Shown here piece after piece: positions 39,961-44,111 of a DNA stretch of 44,111 nt; the first letter of the stretch is position 1, and each line of letters opens with the position of its first letter. Origin of the DNA: Pseudomonadota bacterium (GTDB taxonomy: Bacteria; Pseudomonadota; Gammaproteobacteria; Methylococcales; Methylomonadaceae); the NCBI GenBank assembly GCA_039800705.1, contig JBDLQG010000001.1, positions 1 to 44,111 of the forward strand, read 5' to 3'. The position numbers were made by a program, and so were the translations under genes. Below the pieces are notes generated by a model. The model worked only from the letters and a program-made list of their open reading frames with translations, had not been told where the DNA came from and did not search any database.

Positions 39961-41202
39961 ATGACTACAGAACTCGATATAGCTAGACAAATAGCTAACG
40001 GTGAACTACCAAGCCCACAAAAAGCGGGTGATTCTACCGTATTGCTTGACATTCGCATCACAGGCACGGGCGTAGCATATCGAGCTAAACTAAACGAGTT
40101 TGTATCACGCAATCCAGACTATTACTTAAACGATGATTTTTTAGCAAGCTGTAACGGTGCACCCGTGATATGGGAACATCCAGACGGCAACAAATTAAAC
40201 AGTGATGAGTTTGCAGACCGCGTAATCGGTACAGTTTTTTTTCCATATCTTAAAGATAGTGAAGTCTGGGGCATTGCTAAAATCTACGATCAATACGCTA
40301 TCGATAAAATCATGGATGGTGGGCTATCAACCAGTCCGACTGTGATATTTGACAAACAGCAACCTACGCAACAAATTGAAATAAATGGTAAGCCAGAAAC
40401 GATACTAATCGAGGGCGAACCGTCAATAATTGACCACGTTGCCATCACCGAAAACGGCGGTGTATGGGACAAAGGACAAGAACCAAACGGGATAAATCTA
40501 TCCATTAACACAACTGAGGGCGATACCATGCCAGATGAAGTAATTGAAAGCCAAGAACACGAGGCACAAGAAGAGAGCGTACAAGCTCAGATTCTGGCGG
40601 CTCTCGGTAAAATTAGCGAGCGTTTAGACGCGCTTGAGGGCGCGAAAGCCGATGCGGTCGCACCACCTGCTCCAGAAACACCACCAGCCGAACCCGCTCA
40701 ACCTGTAGCAGAAGTGAAAGCCGATGATGATATTCCTAATCGGATAGCAGAAGTTGAAAAGAAACTTGATTCTATGACAGCTAAACCTGCTGTGTTATCC
40801 GATTCTGACATGGAAGAGGTAGCAGACAGTGAAGGAAAAGGAGCGGAATTATCACACGTTTTCGGTGATAGTAATCCTATCCGCGCGATGCAAGGCGAAA
40901 CACCTACAGCATTCCGTAAGCGTCTTATTCGCAAATATCAAAAACACAGCCCCGCGTTTAAAGATTCTAACGTGGACATGATTAACGATGCGGCAACACT
41001 AAAATCCATTGAAGCTACTGTTTATGCCGATTCAATGAAAGCGGCGAAATCGCCAAACATTAACACGGGCTCAAACATGCCGCGTGAAATTAAACATGAA
41101 TCAATGGGAAGAACAACTATTGAATTTGTTGGTGGTGAACCAGGCGCAGTGTATAACCAGTTTAAAGCCGCTTCACGCACTGGCAGATTAGGAGCTAATT
41201 AA
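39961..41202 (+). CDS. prohead protease/scaffold-like protein (DUF2213-like N-terminus, scaffold-like C-terminus)
   Basis: 413 aa upstream of the capsid gene. Acidic, Pro/Ala-rich and coiled C-terminal half. In-frame internal ATG at 40528 with GAGGG RBS. Confidence 0.6.
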   Translation: MTTELDIARQIANGELPSPQKAGDSTVLLDIRITGTGVAYRAKLNEFVSRNPDYYLNDDFLASCNGAPVIWEHPDGNKLNSDEFADRVIGTVFFPYLKDSEVWGIAKIYDQYAIDKIMDGGLSTSPTVIFDKQQPTQQIEINGKPETILIEGEPSIIDHVAITENGGVWDKGQEPNGINLSINTTEGDTMPDEVIESQEHEAQEESVQAQILAALGKISERLDALEGAKADAVAPPAPETPPAEPAQPVAEVKADDDIPNRIAEVEKKLDSMTAKPAVLSDSDMEEVADSEGKGAELSHVFGDSNPIRAMQGETPTAFRKRLIRKYQKHSPAFKDSNVDMINDAATLKSIEATVYADSMKAAKSPNINTGSNMPREIKHESMGRTTIEFVGGEPGAVYNQFKAASRTGRLGAN

Positions 41203-41203
41203 T

Positions 41204-41797
41204 ATGAGCATTGCAATAGATCCATACAGCACGACCAACGCACTCGGTACGTTTAAAAAATCATCTGATGGCTATGTTCAAGGCATGGCAATGGATGATC
41301 CCGCAATCCGCAATAGTTTGACTATTGGTGTATTGGCATCTAGCGAAACTTTACCAATATGGGGCGGTTTGCCTATCCAAGAATTAATCTCGATTAATGA
41401 CGGTGCGCAAGGTGGGCAAATCAAACGCTCAACGTCTTACGCAACAGTGACAGGCTTTAGTGTGTTTAACCAAGCGAATGCGTGGGTAAACAGCCCATCA
41501 TCACCAGTGCCAACAGGCAGCGGCGGTGCTACCGTTCCATTTTACAGAATGGGCAGTAAAGCGCGTATTGTGTTACCCATCGATCCTGCTTTAGTCAGTT
41601 TAGATGGTTCATTGATTACTGCACAGGTAAGCTGGGATTTTTCAGCAAATCGCATTGTGGCATTCAGCACAACGGCATTGCCTGTAAAAGTTATCAACGT
41701 AAACGCGGGCAACAGTAAAGTGGTTGCGTGGAATAATACAACAAAACTTGCAACGTGGGTTGAATCTGGCGTTGCTGTTGCACTTGTGGAGATTTAA
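41204..41797 (+). CDS. head structural/decoration-type protein
   Basis: 197 aa, between the scaffold and major capsid genes. Confidence 0.5.
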   Translation: MSIAIDPYSTTNALGTFKKSSDGYVQGMAMDDPAIRNSLTIGVLASSETLPIWGGLPIQELISINDGAQGGQIKRSTSYATVTGFSVFNQANAWVNSPSSPVPTGSGGATVPFYRMGSKARIVLPIDPALVSLDGSLITAQVSWDFSANRIVAFSTTALPVKVINVNAGNSKVVAWNNTTKLATWVESGVAVALVEI

Positions 41798-41800
41798 AAA

Positions 41801-42823
41801 ATGGCTAGTATTAATCCAGCATTTGTAACGGTTAATCCATCTCTTATATTACCCGACATTTTAATGCAGTATAACCAACGTTCAGGAGCATTTAGCTTGC
41901 TGGGCGGTGGTGAAATGCAGGTAAGATTATCGGACGTGGATAAAGCTGTTTACATTAGAACAATGTCTATTGATACAAAATCAAGTATCGGACAATCACC
42001 AGGTAATAGCTTACCTAGCGTTGGCTTTACAATGGCACAAATCAGCACGCCAACGTATTTGCATCGTGCACGCGCTGAATATGACCATCACGATTTAGCA
42101 GCTGCGGGCGCGTGGGGGTTGTCATTACCCGAAGCATATCGTTTAGGCATGAGACAAGCTATATTTCAGCAAAACCGTAACGCGCTGTTATATGGCGTAA
42201 ACGCGGCTAATGGCGAGGGTTTGTTAAATACAGCGGGGGCAACTGCCACGAACTTACCAGCGGATAGCGGCGGTCATACGACTATTTTAACGTATGACAA
42301 CGGTGAAATGGCTACGTTCTTGTTAAAGACAATCTCTGACATTCTCAGCAATTTGTACATGCTGGGCAATGCTCACAAAGTGGTTATTCTTGCACCACAA
42401 CGTGTAATTGCTAAATGGACGTATTACGGTGTTGTACAGCTTACCAACTTCCAACGTGAAGGCGCAGGTTCTGGAACTATCGCAACTATGGCTCAAACCT
42501 TTTCAGGCGCGGCTGGTGGTGATATTGAATTTGCAGTTGATGACACATTAATCGGTAAAGGCAACGGCGGCAAAGACGCGATTATTATCTGTGTGCCAGA
42601 ATTGGAAGTTTCCAACGATGGTGTAAACGATACTAACGAGTTTGCTAAATTGCAGCCAGGTCTGTTAGCTACGACTATTCAGTTATGCGATAAAGTCGCA
42701 CCAACTGAGATTTATAGCCCGTTAGCAGGCGGTGCAACTGATGTACTTGCAGAACAACGTATTATCAGCGGATGGGGCATTAGACCAGAAGCTATCTTTA
42801 TTTTATCAGCCACATATTCTTAA
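41801..42823 (+). CDS. major capsid protein
   Basis: 340 aa. Call rests on position after scaffold and on size. Confidence 0.7.
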   Translation: MASINPAFVTVNPSLILPDILMQYNQRSGAFSLLGGGEMQVRLSDVDKAVYIRTMSIDTKSSIGQSPGNSLPSVGFTMAQISTPTYLHRARAEYDHHDLAAAGAWGLSLPEAYRLGMRQAIFQQNRNALLYGVNAANGEGLLNTAGATATNLPADSGGHTTILTYDNGEMATFLLKTISDILSNLYMLGNAHKVVILAPQRVIAKWTYYGVVQLTNFQREGAGSGTIATMAQTFSGAAGGDIEFAVDDTLIGKGNGGKDAIIICVPELEVSNDGVNDTNEFAKLQPGLLATTIQLCDKVAPTEIYSPLAGGATDVLAEQRIISGWGIRPEAIFILSATYS

Positions 42824-42840
42824 TTTAGACGGTTAGAATC

Positions 42841-43302
42841 ATGAAACTATTTGTAGCGAACTTAACAAAACAGCGGTTCAAATTTCATTACCGCTTGCCG
42901 GAAAACCCTAAATTGTTAGATCAGGATATACCCATCGGGAAACAAATCCAGATTGCTGGCGATTTAACGCGTGATGTGATTGATATTATTGTCAGTCAAC
43001 ACGAAGATTACGGGATTCTGGCAGCTAATGAAGTCTACGGTAAAAGCCACGATAACATCAAAGCCCCAATTGTCTATTCAGTGGGCGAACCCGTAGACCT
43101 CGACAAGCTGTTTTATGGCATTTCTCAAAATGACGAGGTAGCGCAAAAAATGGCTGATGATTCTAAAGTGGCAACTACAGCGGCAATACTTGAGGCATTG
43201 CCCCAGGCTAACGCGGTGGTACTAGATACCGTGTCAGAAACAACTGAACACGGCGTTACAACCAGTAAAACAGTGTCGAGTATGGGGCGCAAAAGCAAAT
43301 GA
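42841..43302 (+). CDS. head-associated/connector protein
   Basis: 153 aa. Confidence 0.5.
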   Translation: MKLFVANLTKQRFKFHYRLPENPKLLDQDIPIGKQIQIAGDLTRDVIDIIVSQHEDYGILAANEVYGKSHDNIKAPIVYSVGEPVDLDKLFYGISQNDEVAQKMADDSKVATTAAILEALPQANAVVLDTVSETTEHGVTTSKTVSSMGRKSK

Positions 43303-43739
43303 GCGTAACAGTTGACGGTTATCTGGCATTTATTCGCGGGTGCGTACAAATCGCACCTGAATTGCTACCCGATGACAGCGCATACATAAGCACGAGTTAT
43401 GCACTGTCACTGGAAACCGTCAATCCTATATTTGCCGCTGTGTCTCCCCTACATTATGAGCAAGCGGTTTATAATTTAGCGACTGATTATCTGATTAACA
43501 TAACACCAGACCAAAGCGGTCAAACATTCTTTGCTGATACTAGACAAAAGTTTGACTGTGTTGGCTTTGTATCTGGTGTTATCTCTTCCGCAAGTGATAG
43601 CGGCACAAGTTCAAGCTTAGTTACACCTGAGGCATTTACAGGCTTAACAATAGGCGATTTACAGAATTTAAAAACTCCGTGGGGCAGGGCTTACCTTGCA
43701 GTGGCTCAACAATATGGCAGTATCTTTGCGGTGTCGTAA
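43299..43739 (+). CDS. head-tail adaptor (DUF4054-like by eye)
   Basis: 146 aa, ATGA coupling. Confidence 0.5.
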   Translation: MSVTVDGYLAFIRGCVQIAPELLPDDSAYISTSYALSLETVNPIFAAVSPLHYEQAVYNLATDYLINITPDQSGQTFFADTRQKFDCVGFVSGVISSASDSGTSSSLVTPEAFTGLTIGDLQNLKTPWGRAYLAVAQQYGSIFAVS

Positions 43740-44111
43740 TGATTATCCATTTAGGCGTTAATGATGTGCCTTACGATGATGGCAAAATGACGGGTGAAGT
43801 GGCTCAGATTCTTGAGGACAAATACAGTGTTATTGGCAAGTTTGCTGAAATGTTCAGTAAAAAAATAGGTCAACATTTAGAAAAGGATTTAGCTGAATCA
43901 TTGGAAAATGCACTGAACGGCATACAGCAAGGCGGCTCAATTTTTAGCGATGCAATGTCGGACATTGAAACAGATTTTAGACACGCATTAGACAGCGGAT
44001 TTACTGGCATACAAACCAAAGCCGCTAAGCAAGGCGTAAGCCATAGATTTAAGCATATCGAATCAGGTATTAAACGAGTGCCTTTTATCGATACAGGGCT
44101 ATATCAAGCAT
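43739..44111 (+). CDS. HK97 gp10-like head-tail joining/tail completion protein (runs off the window end, finishes at 100-122)
   Basis: TAATG start at 43739. C-terminal ...RVPFIDTGLYQASFKAWID has the DTG..S motif of that family. Confidence 0.6.
   Translation, partial: MIIHLGVNDVPYDDGKMTGEVAQILEDKYSVIGKFAEMFSKKIGQHLEKDLAESLENALNGIQQGGSIFSDAMSDIETDFRHALDSGFTGIQTKAAKQGVSHRFKHIESGIKRVPFIDTGLYQA
44013..44111. repeat. 99-bp terminal overlap, copy 2
   Basis: Identical to 1-99. Confidence 0.95.

Noticed and set aside
1-44111. tRNA/tmRNA genes
   Set aside because: No cloverleaf-compatible segment or GTTCGAATC-type T-arm was seen in any intergenic region by eye. A tRNAscan-type search would be needed to be certain.

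Overview
The window is one complete, circularly closed tailed-phage genome. Bases 1-99 are identical to 44013-44111 and an ORF reads across the junction, giving 44,012 unique bp. It is AT-rich by eye (not computed).

Layout:
- Long + strand block (23223 -> window end -> 13258): replication genes (RHH regulator, VirE-type primase/helicase, iteron origin), many small early/middle genes, a cassette of small membrane proteins, terS/terL, portal with a very long C-terminal extension, an accessory island (HTH, Rha, candidate sRNA, secreted protein), MuF-like protein, scaffold/protease, major capsid and connectors. A contractile-tail module follows: sheath, tube, chaperone with -1 frameshift, tape measure, Mu/P2-like baseplate, tail fibre, lipoprotein.
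- Leftward early operon (23161 -> 14849, - strand): two HNH proteins, ERF annealase, YqaJ-like exonuclease, SSB and many small ORFs. A reverse-oriented two-gene cassette interrupts it at 18204-18550.
- Separate four-gene operon (14253 -> 13286, - strand) at the point where transcription converges.

I recognised no tRNA, CRISPR array, integrase, transposase or canonical endolysin.

Most noteworthy:
1. A self-contained promoter/hairpin/acidic-ORF/terminator moron splitting the baseplate genes.
2. An acr-aca-like operon (acidic protein ATGA-coupled to an HTH) with repeated operator-like sites.
3. A promoter-to-terminator unit of about 100 nt that looks like an sRNA or attenuator with complementary loops.
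4. An A9 run exactly at the junction of two overlapping ORFs of an HNH gene.
5. A portal fused to about 700 aa carrying a near-identical in-frame DNA repeat.
6. About a dozen tightly coupled ORFs under 60 aa that the ORF track misses.

All functional names come from motif and position recognition by eye, not database searches.
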